Shown here: positions 13,801 to 27,600 of the stretch, piece after piece | Layout of the letters: each line of letters opens with the position of its first letter | Numbering within the stretch: the stretch's first letter is position 1 | DNA from: Tubulanus polymorphus | Lineage: Eukaryota > Animalia > Nemertea | DNA: 64,000 nt | NCBI RefSeq assembly: GCF_964204645.1 | Contig: NC_134032.1 | Location: 8,048,275 to 8,112,274 of the forward strand | Direction: 5' to 3' | Position numbers and translations under genes: made by a program | The notes under the pieces: model-generated | Databases searched by the model: none | The model's input: the letters and a program-made list of their open reading frames with translations, nothing else | Told to the model about the DNA's origin: nothing

Positions 13801-16800
13801 AATGATGTAACATTTGAAAACTATATTTACCGTTATCAGCTTGATGACGATTATTTCAGTTCAGGATCAGATCTTATCTTTTACCCGTTAGTAAAATCAT
13901 AGATCCCATATTAACCTAGAACTGATATATTATGCCATGCCTGCAACGTTTAAGGCGATGACCTAGATTATATTTTTTTCCATTGTAAATCACTGAATTC
14001 CGTGAAAACTTCTTAGATTTATATGTCTTCAACTATCGAAATAGCTAAATTTTACAAAATTGGACTTAGTCTATAGATCCATTCAATAGTAGTATATTGT
14101 TAAGTGAAATAGTTTATTAGAGACGCGAGCATAGCTTCTGTTTCGGACCGTTGGGTTTGTTGGTTGCTTCAGAGCTTTTGGATTATTATGTTTCTTTTCG
14201 CTGCTGTGATTCTGATTTCACGGTTTAAGTATTTCCGGGTTTAATATTATGTACGTGTATTTCTGTTCAAGTGGGTTTGTGACTGAGTGGCGTTTTGGTC
14301 ACTGCAGTGTTTCGTTACATGAAGAAGCGGAAGTAATTTGTATTGCAGTTAACGGTTATTCTAATAAACCAGTAAAAATTGTCCGCGTATTCCGTCGTTG
14401 GTTTTTGGATTCGTCCTCGGACAGCTTCATCAGGTAATGATGTATATAGTAGCGAAAGTTTGTATCGCGAACTAGTTAAACTATAAAGTATGCCTACTAT
14501 CCAAGCATGTCTCTACATTTTACTGATTTAAAACCAGGTTGAAACACGGCTCCTCTACGAATAAATAGATTAATAGCGGTGCCTAGCGGTTTTCTGAGAA
14601 GTCAGTGTTCCTGTCTGCTAATACGATTGACTATTTACCACTTCGATTTCCCTATCAAGAAAATTGCTCGTGTACATTAGATGCGCCTTCCACGAATCTC
14701 TGCAGTTAGGGTTAAAACCCCAGAAATCGGGATATACCGGTCCATCTCCAACATAGCGACTTAGATTCGTCGATACCGCGAGTACTAGCATATACGTAGG
14801 AGTCAATCTAGGAAGATGTATTTACATCAATTATCAATAACTTACAATGATGTTTCTTTAACAGGCTACTACCCGTTTCTGCAAAAGTGCGAAAATCAAA
14901 ATGTAGATAGCTCTATAGGATTATCAGGCTTGTCCCATGTTCGCGGGTACGAACCCATCTGGCCCCATTGGGGCCATAGTGCCCGAGCAATATCATTCTA
15001 AATCATAATTTACATATTTTGCTTCAAACTTCATACACAAATATCTAGCCCGGAGATTTAGCAGTCATTTTTTATTTAAAAAGCCCGAACGGCAGCGTGT
15101 GGGATAGTGAATTTTAGCACTTTATAACCCCCCCCCCCTTTGAAAAAATCCCGGGGACGCCCATGGTCAATTAGAGCAGCTGGAGCAAGATATCAATTCA
15201 ATTAAACTACTCCGTTAAATGAGGAATTAGATCGATCAAGAGAAAGACTCATTATTTATAATAACTTCGAATTAAAATGAAAAATATGATAATCTTTAAC
15301 AGGGGCGGATCCAAGGGAGGAGCTAGGGAGTCTCCCCCCTCCATGCTGCGTTTCTGATAGTCATATCGAAAAAAGGTACAGGCTCCCCCCTAACCCCTCC
15401 CACCCCCCCCCTTTCGATCAAATTTCTGCATCCGCCCCTGCATTAAGTATGAAACTTGTTTCACCTCCAGAAGCGATGAGCGTAATACGCGAACCAGTTG
15501 TATTTCCAGGCAACTCCGTCGACTTTTGCGATTTTCAACATGAAGGAATACGATATGAGCACGGCGCTGTAATCAACAAGAAAACTAATTTGAAAGTTGT
15601 TGTCGCCGTACGCGATAATGTACATATATTAGTGCACAATTAGTGGCGACATTGTTGAGAAGCTAATAAATGTTTATCTATTTTTCTAAAACTGGTTATG
15701 ATAATTTTATAAAATGTATGCGAATTTAACAGTTTAGACATCTTACAAAACGATTTTACGTGAAGTTTAATGCGACCGATGTCATTAGTTCTATCGGAAG
15801 AATGATTGAAATTTGATTCGAGATTTATTATATACATGCGTGTATATAATATGCGTGTATATAATATAGTGCAATGCATTTGTTGAAATGATTCCTTGGA
15901 AGAAGTAACACCCGAGTAATTACATATGGAGTCACTTTTTAGGTAAGGTACCCATCTATACCCGGACGGAGAGAGGCAATGGGGATTAGTCACTAGTCCG
16001 AGGACACTGCGGTAACGTGTGGGGCTCAAAACCATGACCTGGCTGCCCACAGTCGATCGTCCGAACCACTCCTGCATCGATTCACATCACATCGACTCAC
16101 ATATAAATAACTCGCTAACTGCTTTCTTGCGTTATTCAATGGAATAATGTTGTGGCGAGCAATTAGCAATTAGCAGTTAGTAGGTAACAATACGGTGTTA
16201 AAAGTGTAGCTAAGAATATCGGAAACGATTAACTTCATATGCTCGGAAATTAAATGAAAGAATGAAATACAACCAACCTGAGAAAGAAGAATAAATCGAC
16301 AGAAAGAATAAATGCATTGTCCAGCTGATAATTCCACGTCGCAATTTGTTCCAAAAACCACTGTATATTATCTGTAAAATAGGCAATGTTTCGTTTGTGT
16401 CAATAGGAACAAACAGTGCATAGGCAGGTGTGGGTGCAGGATTCGTTCGTAAATACATTCTTAGACTAAACCGCTCTACCCCGAATTATATGGTGTATGG
16501 TGAGACTGGTAGAACCCCGTTTGGAATGCGAAGTAAAAGCCAGAATGGTGAAATACTGGGCTAGTCTTATCTCCAAAAATAAGAAAACCGTATCTAGTAA
16601 AACATATCATGTAATGTACACAGGTGCAAGAGAGGGTAATGGTTCCAAATGGGTCTAGCATTAAGCGTGTACTGGAAGACTGTGGCATGGCCGAATTCTG
16701 GCTCAATCATAATATACCTAGTCCAGGATTTATTCACCAGTCGATAAAACTTAGATTAAAAGACCAGTTTATTAAAAAATGGTGTTTTAATTGTATTAAT

Positions 16801-19800
16801 TCCCCAAAGGCTGTGACTTACCAATGAATACTTAAAACCAACTTTCAGCAAGAATTCTACCTAACTAACCTCCCGATTAATTTCCGCGTTATCCTAGCTT
16901 GTTTTAGATGCAGGCGCAGAATTTTAAGGGAAGATATGCACTGTGATCAGTGCAATATGCAAATCTTAGGCGATGAACGCAATGCCCCCTGCTAGAATGC
17001 CCTGCATATGCGGAAACAAGAGATCGCCTACTCCCACGAAAATTTTTTTCATATCCCAAGCCTTGAAAATCTAAAAAAAACCGGAATACCTATCTATTAT
17101 GTCATTTAAGCAAATTATGTCGTCAGGTTGACAATAGATAATTGATCCTACATACGCTTACTCTCTGATTGACTATAAATACTATTTAACGTTTCAGCCT
17201 GTATCTAACTGGGGTCAGTCCCACGAAGAAGATTAGTGATCAGTTGCTTATGGTAACCTTTAAATTTTTATTGTGTTTATTGTGTAAAATTGATGTAAAA
17301 TTGCCCCTTGCCTGTGCGGCTGCTGCCGCTGCTGCTGCTGTCGCTGCCGCTGCTGTTAAATCTCAACTTGTCATTCATAACACTTATATTGTGAACTAAC
17401 CATTGAAACAGCTTTTGTCAATGCAATTTTTTTTGTAGACAATAACATTTTCTATCTTTCTTTCTTTCTAGAAGGAGGTGAAGGCATTTTCTGTGGCTTG
17501 GGACAACCTTCCCGATTTCGGAATTTTCCAAAGCACCAGTGGGATAGTGAAGACTAGAAATGCCCTTTGTAATTCATTGTATATTTCTATTAACACCAGT
17601 TCAATGCGTTATCGTTATATAATGTAGGCCTACGGTGGAACCTCGTTAATATGACTATTTTTTAGGCAATAGAAAATCATTCGTATTAACGAAAATTCGT
17701 AACATGCAAACCAACGTCAAATCCCTAACATTTGTCTATCTATTCCTACGTAGCACGCGCAACACGTTCCCTCTTTAACGTAGGCCTATATGTATAGACG
17801 GTTCTGAATAATGAAAATGAAGACATAGAACGAAAAAAAGTTCTTTCCATTTGTCGATCTTTCAAATCCTTCGGCACGATGTCAAATGTCAGTATTATAC
17901 TACGAATGTATTATGTTTGATACAGATGATGCACTCGAAAGAAATAAGAAATAGGGAACGAAAATTTGGATCGTTTTGATGAATTTTTCGTATCATCATG
18001 TTCAGAGTATTTAACTGATTTTTTACTAGCAATTTTTACTACATTTGGCCGGGACATACTCAAATCATCGTTGTATCACGAGTTTCGTAATTGGGCCCCC
18101 GAGTCTCGTATCAACGATGCATCAAACATGGTAACAAGTATTATCGCCGAATTTTCAATCTGTGATTGCTAAATTCGTACAGTTTGTCACCTCGCGATGG
18201 AAAAAATACTTGAATACCGAATCACGTGCTCATTGTTCCGCGGCCTTCGCACCGATTTTGCCTAAATTCAATCGCGGACGAATCATTCGCCAAAGAAATC
18301 CGTCCTAGTCTGGCACAAGCTGTATAGCATCATCGATTGGCAAAATTCAACTCACCTGCTAGTAAAGCATTGCCGACGGAATACGAGATAACGTGACCAT
18401 ATATGATCCACTGAATACCGATAATTCGCAAACCGTTTACGCAATGAAGACCCGATGCAGGTGATTCCAGCGACGATAATTTGCTCATGTTCGTGTAGAG
18501 AGAAAAGGCTCGTAAAAACTGCAAAACTAGAACGAGAATTTAGAATAATACTCGCTTTTTTATTCGTCAGTGACGTCTCGCTGGGGGAGGGGTGGCCATT
18601 TTTTTAGTAGGGCTTGGACTAATGATCTGCTTAAAGACCATCTTATAGCGAATCTTACAAATTACGTAATATCAGTCTAAACTCATTTTGATTCTAAGCA
18701 TAACCAATCTTATAACTTAAGATCGGCCTAAGCATATTTTGGTTCATTGCAACTCCCACCTCCCTAGTTGTAACAACTTAAGACAAGTCTTAAGATTTAA
18801 GACGGCTTTGGACTACTCTCGACTACGAAGGCGGTTCCTGAGAATTATGAGAAGTCATGGGACTAACTGGAACCTTTACTTACAGAATGATAGGATATTG
18901 GCTATGGCTTTATTTCTCTCTGCGGGTTTTCCTCCAACATCATCACCATTTTCGGCATCTGACGTTTGCTCAGCAGTGGAGACTGGTTTACTACCGTCAC
19001 TGCTCTTCCGACAGCGACATAGACTTACGACGTACGGCTGCAGAATATCGACAATTGTTGCCACGACAATTAAAGCAGCCAAAGCTATCAGCCAACGTCT
19101 ACGGAAAAGAATGGATTCAACAGTTTGAAGTATTCAAGTAGATACGAGATCGGATTCAGAATGATGTTCAAAAGGTTTCAATTCAACAAATACGCCCAGC
19201 GGTATCGGTTGAGAACATTTAGTTCGTTCTGCATCGGATAATGGCGCTGTGTAAAGTTTCAAGATGGAAGCGCCCAGTTAAAGTTTAAAGCGGGGAAGGT
19301 TACAACTTTTTTCATCGGATCTCCGAAAATGCACACGTTTACTGCATATACATCCTCGTCATACAGAGCAACGTCATTTTCGATAATGAACGTAAAGAAA
19401 CCATTGTTCGATACCATTTGAGCTTTTTCATGAGATGGTGAATGAGATGGTTACGTATTTGCGATATAATGTATACTAGAATTATTTTAACTTCTCGTAG
19501 AATTCATCTATTCTATTTGGACGTCAAACACACTTGCATAGTATAATAAAAAATCGAGATCGTTCAATGCTACAACATGACATATATCATAGTCTAAACA
19601 AAAAAAGTTTCTATCAAAGACTAAATTGTATCGAAAAAATGTCTTTTGTATTTTGTTTTCTTACATATCAACCTGGCATACTCAAAAAGGTACAAAATCC
19701 ATCTTAATCATCTTGGTGAAAAGAACTGGGCGAATCAATGCATATGTATGCTTCAAGAGGTCTATATCATACCGGTATACATATTTGAATGTATATGAAC

Positions 19801-21091
19801 TCGAGCAGTTTTCACTATAGTTTTATCACGGGCATCAGGGTCAGGTCCGTTTTGAGGATTTCTTTTTTTATTTTTGACAATGTCTATACTCACATCACGA
19901 GCTTGTCGTCAGCAGTATACGTTGGTTTTCTTCTTTTGCACGTCGTAGCAACATTTATGCTAAACCCAAATTGACGAAGTACTAGAAATAAATTCATTTT
20001 AGCGCGGTGCTACCCTTTAAAGATGTCGAAAAATAACAGCCAAAAACTGATATTGCTATACATAAAGACACACATACGTACTGTCGTTCGCGATGGTCTG
20101 AGTATCTATCGCCGTGCATGCGATCGGTAAACACGTTCCAAAGACAGTCTTCGCTATTTTCTGAACAAAATGAGTGAAACGAACAAAGATCAGGACACAA
20201 ATTTTGTTGTAGAATCTTGAAAGGATACGTTGTGAAGAAGCATATATGAATAAGCGATGATCAACGCCGTGCGACGAAATCGGTTGAAGCCGCGGGTGAA
20301 CTTTCAGGTGACACGTTTGGTTAAGATTGTTTTCAACATTACTTCCACAATCCATTACCCCGTCGACAATCACGCTACCTACGTACGTGGCTCCGGTCAT
20401 TAACCACTGGGTCAATATTGACCTTATACGGTACAGCGCAGATCGCAGACAATAACCCATTTGAAAAATTACCCACTAGGCAATTGCACTTCGCAAATTA
20501 TCCAAATTATTTACTTCCAGACAACCCCGACTTTGACATTGCCTACTACCCAAGAATTCTATCCCTATGGAGGGATTTTTGTTTACAGGTATGCACAAAA
20601 GGGCCGTGGTCACGTGATCTTCGAGGGGGATTCCACGGGTGGTCCGCAGAACGCCAACGTAACGCCAGTTTAATCTAGGTAAACTTGTGTTGATATAAAT
20701 GAAAAAGAAAAAAAGTTTATTTGCATTCCTGGATGCAAATCAAGACTGAACAGTCAAACCGATGCATGATATACGCAGATCAACTGATTATTGACGAAAT
20801 TACGGATCGTTACGTCGCACGGAGGGCATGTGATGATAAATAGCAGTGATCTAGACATTGGTATTTACGTGAATAAATCACAAGAGGATCAAATCTTTTT
20901 GTAGTGAATGTAAAAAGCGTTAAGCAGTTTAGTTAAAGGAAATATGTTTTAGAAATGTATAATTACTTTAGATCTTCCACGACCAGCTATAGACGCGCAG
21001 TACTGAGCAGTTTTGATTGTATGGCAAAGATCAAAATCGCCAATCCAATGGTTATTTTTTCCGAATTTTATCTCTCCAGTTGCACGAAACA
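10888..21091 (-). CDS. nrf-6: NRF-6 / O-acyltransferase-like (acyltransferase-3) multi-pass membrane protein; 5' exons not identified
   Basis: About 14 phase-consistent exons: NRF domain NNHWIGDFDLC (to 21091), FGTCLPIAC, FSLYTN..LHCVNGLR..WIIYGH, SVDLFFFLS (16278-16371), YYAHRFWRLTPTY, WTWFLSANMQFY, YYLKPW, FLSWRGFLPLGRLSYCTYLLHP, terminal LCIEMP; stop at 10888. Symbol denotes family membership, not proven orthology. Confidence 0.88.
15300..15440. mobile_element. Short TIR element (CAGGGGCGGATC...) in NRF-6 intron
   Basis: Inverted termini CAGGGGCGGATCCA / TGCATCCGCCCCTG; absent from the homologous intron of the duplicate near 24800. Confidence 0.6.
15945..16077 (-). mobile_element. Degenerate tRNA-headed SINE, 5' part
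   Basis: Minus strand has a decayed A/B-box head (GGTTTTGAGCCCC) followed by CATTGCCTCTCTCCGTCCGGGTATAGATGGGTACC, similar to the body of the SINE at 21350-21648. Confidence 0.5.
16620..17070 (+). mobile_element. Decayed 3' fragment of RTE-X-like LINE
   Basis: SIKRVLEDCGMAEFWLNH...IKLRLKDQFIKKW parallels CIKNTLESNGLGDLWYNQ...RTRLTDQFTQTW of the long LINE. Confidence 0.7.
17316..17356. repeat. Imperfect (GCT/GCC)n microsatellite
   Basis: gcggctgctgccgctgctgctgctgtcgctgccgctgctgtt. Confidence 0.8.
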
Positions 21092-21113
21092 CTGAAATAA
21101 TTTCAATGATATA

Positions 21114-21291
21114 CAGCCAACCCCCGATATACCACCCACATGGGTGCAGAACGATGTTGGCGGTATAGGGAGTATGGCGGTATATCAGGGGTGTTTTACT
21201 ATGAATTTGTATAGAGAGGCGCATTGATAAAAACCTGGCAGTAGGCGGGGTTGGCGGTAAATGGGGTGGGGTGGTATATCGGGGGTGACTG
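21114..21291. mobile_element. Tc1/mariner-type MITE
   Basis: TIR CAGCCAACCCCCGATATACCACCC / GGGTGGTATATCGGGGGTGACTG, preceded by TA. Confidence 0.7.
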
Positions 21292-21349
21292 CATATTGAA
21301 CATTAATACTTACTTACTTCTGAAAAAAATTTTGATATAGTTAGGCCTA

Positions 21350-21648
21350 TACGGGGCTTTTTAACCCTATGCGGTACCGCATTGTCACTCATCCTGATTG
21401 CCTCTCTCTTCGCCGAGGAGTGAATGGGTCCCTGGGCTGATAGACGACTCCTGAGCGCCTAGCAGCTGCTCGGATATCGCTTCTTCCCAGGGAGAGATGA
21501 CTGATAAATGGTTAGAGCTGGAGTAATCAGTCTGATTACTCCAAGGCTCGAGTGATAGGTCGGCGGTAGTAATGCCGATTCAATGCAAGCGCCTTGTGGA
21601 AACTTGTATCACAGTGAAAAGGGCGCTATAGAAATTGAAATATTATTA
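21350..21648 (+). mobile_element. 5'-truncated SINE with L2-like tail
   Basis: Ends GCAAGCGCCTTG...AAAGGGCGCTATAGAAATTGAAATATTATTA; internal TTGCCTCTCTCT..GAGTGAATGGGTCC shared with the SINE at 15945-16077. Confidence 0.55.
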
Positions 21649-21789
21649 CGGTACTAAGCGCAAATTGAGAATGCGCAGTTATAAAAATTAGGAATACTAA
21701 CTCTCGCGGTACGAAACAGGACAGATTTCGAAACTGTTTGCCCTTAAGTTTTGGTTGAAAGAGATTGAGTTGGGTAAATAATATTAGCA

Positions 21790-23470
21790 ATTGTCCTCAA
21801 ATACGGTTTTAGAAATCGGGTTCGAATATTGTGAAGAAAATCCAAAGATGAAATGGTACTCGTCCCCGATGTTGCTCATGATAGGCTACGCAAATTACGA
21901 TTTCTCTTTTCTTTAGGGTATTATAGGGTATTATATTTTATGCATCCAAATATGTATTTTTGGTTTGAACAGCGAAATCGGTAATATCGGTAATTATATT
22001 TAGATCAGTGAAAAGGTAACCAATATTTGTAGAACCAATATTATTTTGATTTGCGATACATGACTAAAGATACATGAAAAAGAATTTTACTAAAGATGAA
22101 AGTATACATTTTTCAATGAATTTGTCGAAATTGGACAGAGGTTTTTAGAAAGGAAAGTGGGCTGTTATCGGTCGCAGACTTATTCTGTCGAGGAGTACGT
22201 CCCGTGTTTGTTGCCGGGGCGGCTGCTGGATTTACTTTTGGAGTTTTTTCTAATAACCGGCCATTGCTCGCCAGTTTGAGTGTTTTCCCACCTGGAACCA
22301 TTTCAAGTAATTTCCGAGTGTTAATCTCATGTAGACGCTCAAGATGAGATTTGCTGCTACGGAGCCAGGTACTTCCGAATTCTTTGTCATCTCTTAGTTT
22401 ATTTTTTGCACCGAGGACCTTTATCTTTATCTCCTTACTTTCCAACGCTAACTTTACTAGGGGTGGTACGCCCTCAACTCGGGGCTTCAGTCGCACACAC
22501 TTGATTACCCTCGGGGTCGGCTGTATTAATTTTTGCATGACTTTTGAGCAGGTGGTTTCGAGGTTTTCGTTCGTTTCCACTTTCAGGTTAGAAATTATGA
22601 TGCATACATCCGGGTTGTCCAGCGGGTCTCTTTGGTTCTGGGTATTCAGTTGTCGTTGTAGATCCATACATAAGGCCTCGAGTTGTTTCACGGTGGACTG
22701 CGACTGTTCAAGATCCTTACTCAGGACAGTGATTCTTTTCCCGCAAACTTTCAGGTCAATTTTTTGTTTTTCGCTTGTCGATTTTAATTCTTCATACGAC
22801 AGGCCGTTGAATTCGACAGAACTGATTACTTCATCAATTTTTGCGTCATTTTGTTTTACTTTTTCTTTCAGGGTACTGACGTCTTCATATAAGTTGTTAA
22901 ATTTGGCGTAGTCTTGCTTTTGTTGTGTTTTAATTTCTTCCATTGATGATTGTAGTTTCCCAACGGCATTTCGCATGAATATTTCGAAGTCTACAGAGCC
23001 TTCAGAATTAGCGGCCATGGTATTCGTCATGGGGCAACAAAAATATAAAAAATATCAAATTTTATCGTGCGTAACAGCGTCAGAGCTAGCGTTGTAATAA
23101 TCCGCCTAACGGTGTGTCCTTCATAGATTATCGTGTAGCGGCTTTCAATACAATAGTTCTAATGACGATATGTGCAATCATGCGGAACTGTTCTCGGTCA
23201 GCCTAGGCACCAGTCCAAATACACGTATATGCCTTTGATATGGTTTGATTGAATTTATTGAATTTATTGAGTGTACATCAGATGCAATTAAACGGTCCAA
23301 AATACGATTTCGTGGACTTACAGCATATGATGTAGAGAGCTCACCAGAACAGCGGTTATAGTTCTTAAATATGATATCCTACTTTAGTGACGAGACACTC
23401 TCTAAAGCTATTCGTTAATGATTCCAGCGGAGCAACGAAAACACGCGACTTGACCAGTCCGCCATATTGT
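21790..23470 (-). mobile_element. LINE 5' UTR plus intact ORF1, adjoining a decayed LINE 3' end; ORF2 essentially absent
   Basis: Starts CAATATGGCGG (YY1-like LINE 5' motif) near 23468; ORF1 at 22113-23030; 21790-22030 holds RFRCSN..IGDEYHFI remnants. Confidence 0.65.
22113..23030 (-). CDS. LINE ORF1p (coiled coil + RRM/CTD-type), 305 aa
   Basis: Heptad-rich N-half, then CIIISNLKVETNENL, RLKPR..PPLVKLAL, KVLGAKNKLRD..WL, the L1/Transposase_22-like ORF1 pattern. Confidence 0.75.
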   Translation of the reverse strand: MTNTMAANSEGSVDFEIFMRNAVGKLQSSMEEIKTQQKQDYAKFNNLYEDVSTLKEKVKQNDAKIDEVISSVEFNGLSYEELKSTSEKQKIDLKVCGKRITVLSKDLEQSQSTVKQLEALCMDLQRQLNTQNQRDPLDNPDVCIIISNLKVETNENLETTCSKVMQKLIQPTPRVIKCVRLKPRVEGVPPLVKLALESKEIKIKVLGAKNKLRDDKEFGSTWLRSSKSHLERLHEINTRKLLEMVPGGKTLKLASNGRLLEKTPKVNPAAAPATNTGRTPRQNKSATDNSPLSFLKTSVQFRQIH

Positions 23471-23724
23471 ACTATTGTATTTGACTATATATGCGACGCT
23501 CATGCCAGTCAATACGGAGTTTAAGCAGGGCAGCGTGTACGCTAACGTTGCACATCTGAAATAGTATGGTGGCCGATATGTAATTTGCTCCAGAGAATAT
23601 GTTTTTATGCTACTTGAATCTAAAAGTCAAAATTACACCTGTTTTGATCCATAATATAGAATAATTAGTTAATCGATCGATGACTTTTGTATGGTGGCTG
23701 ATAAGGGCCATAAAAATATATCCT

Positions 23725-23965
23725 GACAAAAAAAATAATTGCGTCATGAAAAATAAATTTCCATCGAAAAATATTTCGTGAGTCAAAATAATTTCATGAA
23801 AAATAATTTTCGATCGAAAAATATTTCGTGAGTGAAAATAATTTCGTCATTAATTCCCATCGAAAAATATACGCGAGTGGAAATAATTTCGGTGTGAAAA
23901 ATAAATCGCCTTTAAAATATATTTTGTGAGAAAAGATATTTCCATCAGAAATATTTTCCTATGTC
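23725..23965. repeat. Degenerate AT-rich tandem repeat
   Basis: Recurring AAAATATTTCGTGAGT(G/C)AAAATAATTTC and CCATCGAAAAATAT units. Confidence 0.6.
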
Positions 23966-24688
23966 TAAAAATATCTTTGCTCAACTTTGAATTCCGTTAT
24001 TTTGAATAGTGCTAATCCCAGAAATTCAACAATCTCGGGAACTGTGTGCACAGGCATTTTAATGTTCTGGTGTTGTAAGTATGAATTCGAATAATTGTCA
24101 AATTCTGCTTACGTAGCAAATTATACAATGTTACCGTATTGTGGTTTTCTGATCCAATAATATCAGACAATTTCTTAAAGATATAGATATAACTACTTTT
24201 GACATCTAAAACTGGCCATGCAACTAATTGCGAGTAGGGCAAATTTTATATATTACAAATTTTCATCATTCGAGTTTCTGCTTTTAATCTTATGTTTATC
24301 TTTAGAATCAGTTGATGCACCCATATCAACATGCATTTGAATAGCTATAAAATGACACTAGGTAAGATAAAGGAATGATTGACCCAACAATGCAGGACCC
24401 TAACAAAATGGCGGCAGCACTGTAGAATGGTTTATTCATTTCAAGTCTCTTATTTTTCTATTCAATGATTTCTTATTGTCTTTGATGAGTTTCAATGGCA
24501 ATTTGAATATCGTGTGAGTGGATGCGCACAACGTCATCGATATTGGAGCTAGTCAATTCAATTCAATAGTTACTATATTCAATTTCGATATAAGTTTATT
24601 GACCCCCAAAGTATTGTCGCCACTATCGTGCACTATATATGTACGAAGAATGTTAAACGTTCACGTTAGTTTTCTTTGTCGATTACAG

Positions 24689-27600
24689 CGCCGTGCTTAT
24701 ATCGTATTCCTTCATGTTGAGAATCGCTAAAGTCGACGGAGTAGCCTGGAAATACGACTGGCTCATGTATTACGCTCATCGCTTCTGGAGGTGAAAAAAA
24801 ACTTTCATAGATTATCATATTCTCTGATTTGATTTCGATCGTATATTACGAATTTGAAGATATCATCAATAATGAGTCTTACTCTTGATTGATCATTTAT
24901 GAATTGGATTTCATAACGAATAATGATGCTTTTCGGCAATGCAATATAATTCTTCTTATATAATAATGGATGAGTTTTGATTAGTGAATTGATATCTTGC
25001 TTCATTGGATGTAATGGCGGCGACATTTAACTCGCACGTACGCAGAGAACGCTCCATATTCAAACGGAATTTTATATGCTAACGTTTGCTGTTTAAGTCT
25101 GGAATATCTTGGAGAAGATCGATTACAGTTTTGCACACAAGTGAAGGTAGTTTACGCTTGAACCTGATCGTTAAACTACAGATATTTGACTTAACGAAAA
25201 TTCACGTATACGTTTGAAATTTTGTTGAAATTTTGCTATAGTCGGGCAGTACAAACAAACAGTGAATGATCGAAAAATCGTCACGCATGAAGTGACACCC
25301 GAGTTGAATTGAAGGAACGAACGAACTTGGCATTTGCCAGTATGACTGGAGGGAACAAAGAGCAAAGTAAAAACGATAAACATTGTAAGCACAACCAACA
25401 AAATCAGAATAAAATATCGTAAGAGGGAAAGCGTGAAAGGTCCACCGGATCTGACTCGTCCGCTGCAGCAACGCCCGTCCGAAAATTACCAAAAGTGAAC
25501 GAACAATCGATCGAAAGTGACAGCGAGTTTGAGGATTCCGATATCGAAAAAGTGACACTTACAACCGTGATAACAGAGATACGTAGCCTGAAAAATCACT
25601 CGAGACAAAGATAGAATCAAAATTTGATTCCCTAAAAACTGAAATCGATAGCCTTAAAAGTGAGGTTGAAAATCTAAATTCACTTAGCGATAAAATCAAC
25701 GATGTCGAGGAAAAACTGCAGAGCGAATTTACGATAAAGATTAGTGACCTAGAACAGAAATTCAGCGCGGACTTGAAAATTCTTAAAGAGAATGCCAACC
25801 CCGACCGCTTGAAACTAGATGCGTTAGAAAGGCGCATCATCGATCAAGAAGCCAGGTCACGCCGCATTAACCTCGTGTTCCATGGTGTGCCAGAAGTGGA
25901 AAGTGGACCGGAGGATTGCGAAAAAACCGTTAAAAACTCTCTAAAAAATGCGTTCGGGATACCCGTGAGTAAATTAGATAATATGATCTTCGAAAGGGTA
26001 CACAGAAACCAAAACCGGTCCTACCCACGTACGATAACTGTGCGATTTCACGATTATAACGATCGCCAGTTCATCTACATGTCGAGATTCAACCCTGAAA
26101 ACAAAAGTGGAATACGAATCTCAGAGGATTACCCGGTCGAAATACGAAAAATTAGGAAACAGCTGTTTGAGAGAATGAACAATATAAAAGACAGCGACCC
26201 GAACGCCAGCGTACGGGTGTCGTATGATAAACTGATCCACAATGGCGATGTGTTTCAAGTGATCGCGGGCGAAATCAAATTATTAAGAAAAGGAGAACCG
26301 CCTATCCGACGACAGTTTAACCACGGAGCAACGGAGGCAAGTCTGGTCGCAACGACAATCAGCGCACACAACAAGCACCGTGGCAACCGATAAACCTACG
26401 CAATGATACTGCCGGCAAAGAAAAGACAGCTGGCGATAACCTATTATCTTTCGGCGAGCCACAAATCCCGTACGATCGGCGCGCAGATACCCCCCACAAA
26501 TGTTGACCTACTCTCTACCAACGCTCCAATCCCCCCGCAGGCTGCCTCGACGCTGCAGCCAAGCCCTGTCAGGAGAGATGGAGAGCGCGCGTCTGCTACT
26601 GGAAATACCGGCATAGGAACCCGCTGAGCCAAGAAACAATACAAACATAGGCGATAATGACACTTCGTTCTCTATCCTGAATCTTAATGTCTGCGGTTTG
26701 CGATCGAGAACTATTGTACCGGAATTTGGTGATCTATTAAAACAATTCGAGGTAATAACTTTGGTTGAAACCAAGGTCGACAATGCCGATGATTTATGGA
26801 TTGAAAACTATTTTAATGATCTGGGTTATAGAATTCTTTGCAACAATAGACGAAGTTTGTCAGTTAGAAAATCAGGGGGTATAGCTATTGCCATCAGATA
26901 TGACATATCTCAATATGTTATTCGATCGTTCCACCTGAGCAATCTTGCGCAGTGGATTGAGTTTGATAAAGTTTTGTGGAACACCGATAAGCATGTTCTA
27001 TTCGCTGGTATATACTTGCCACCCGAAACTAGTGTTTACGGTGGAAGTCATTTGTTTGACGATTTAAACAGCGAGATAGCGCATGTTTTAAAAGATGAAA
27101 ATTATCTCTTCATTAGTGGAGATTTTAATTCATATACAAAAACCTTCCCAGAATTTATAACCCATGATGAATTCATAGCAAATGAATTGGGCCTGGACTT
27201 CATTTTTAATGACGCAGTGGTAGCTTTGGCTGAACTTGATAGGCTTGGAATCCGTAATAGATGTAATGAAGATAGCGGGATGAATAACTATGGGTACAGG
27301 TTGATTGAACTTTGTAAATTGTGTAATATATTTATTGTGAATGGCCGAGTTGGAGTTGACAGAAATATCGGGAAGTGCACGTGCTTCAAGGGAAACACAA
27401 AACACCTTGTGGACTATTTTATCAGTTCATCGAGCATTTTCAAAAACATTACAGATTTCCAAGTACTCGAATTCGAAAAGCTTTTTTCTGACGTTCACTC
27501 ACCGATATCTTGCCAAATTAGAAGGGGAAATTTACCAAAACCAGAACAACGGGACCACCCGACAGTTGTAGATCAAAATGCTAGGATTAAGTGGAATAAA

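Noticed and set aside
14405-14440. CTGATGA motif on minus strand as another hammerhead (also ~30590-30630)
   Set aside because: GAAA core and stem I cannot be completed; at most degenerate Penelope remnants.
22351-22911. 186-aa plus-strand ORF
   Set aside because: Antisense shadow of the LINE ORF1.
24330-24439. Hydrophobic minus-strand ORF as NRF-6 signal-peptide exon
   Set aside because: No good donor before the stop, and it contains the GCCGCCATTTT motif common in repeats.
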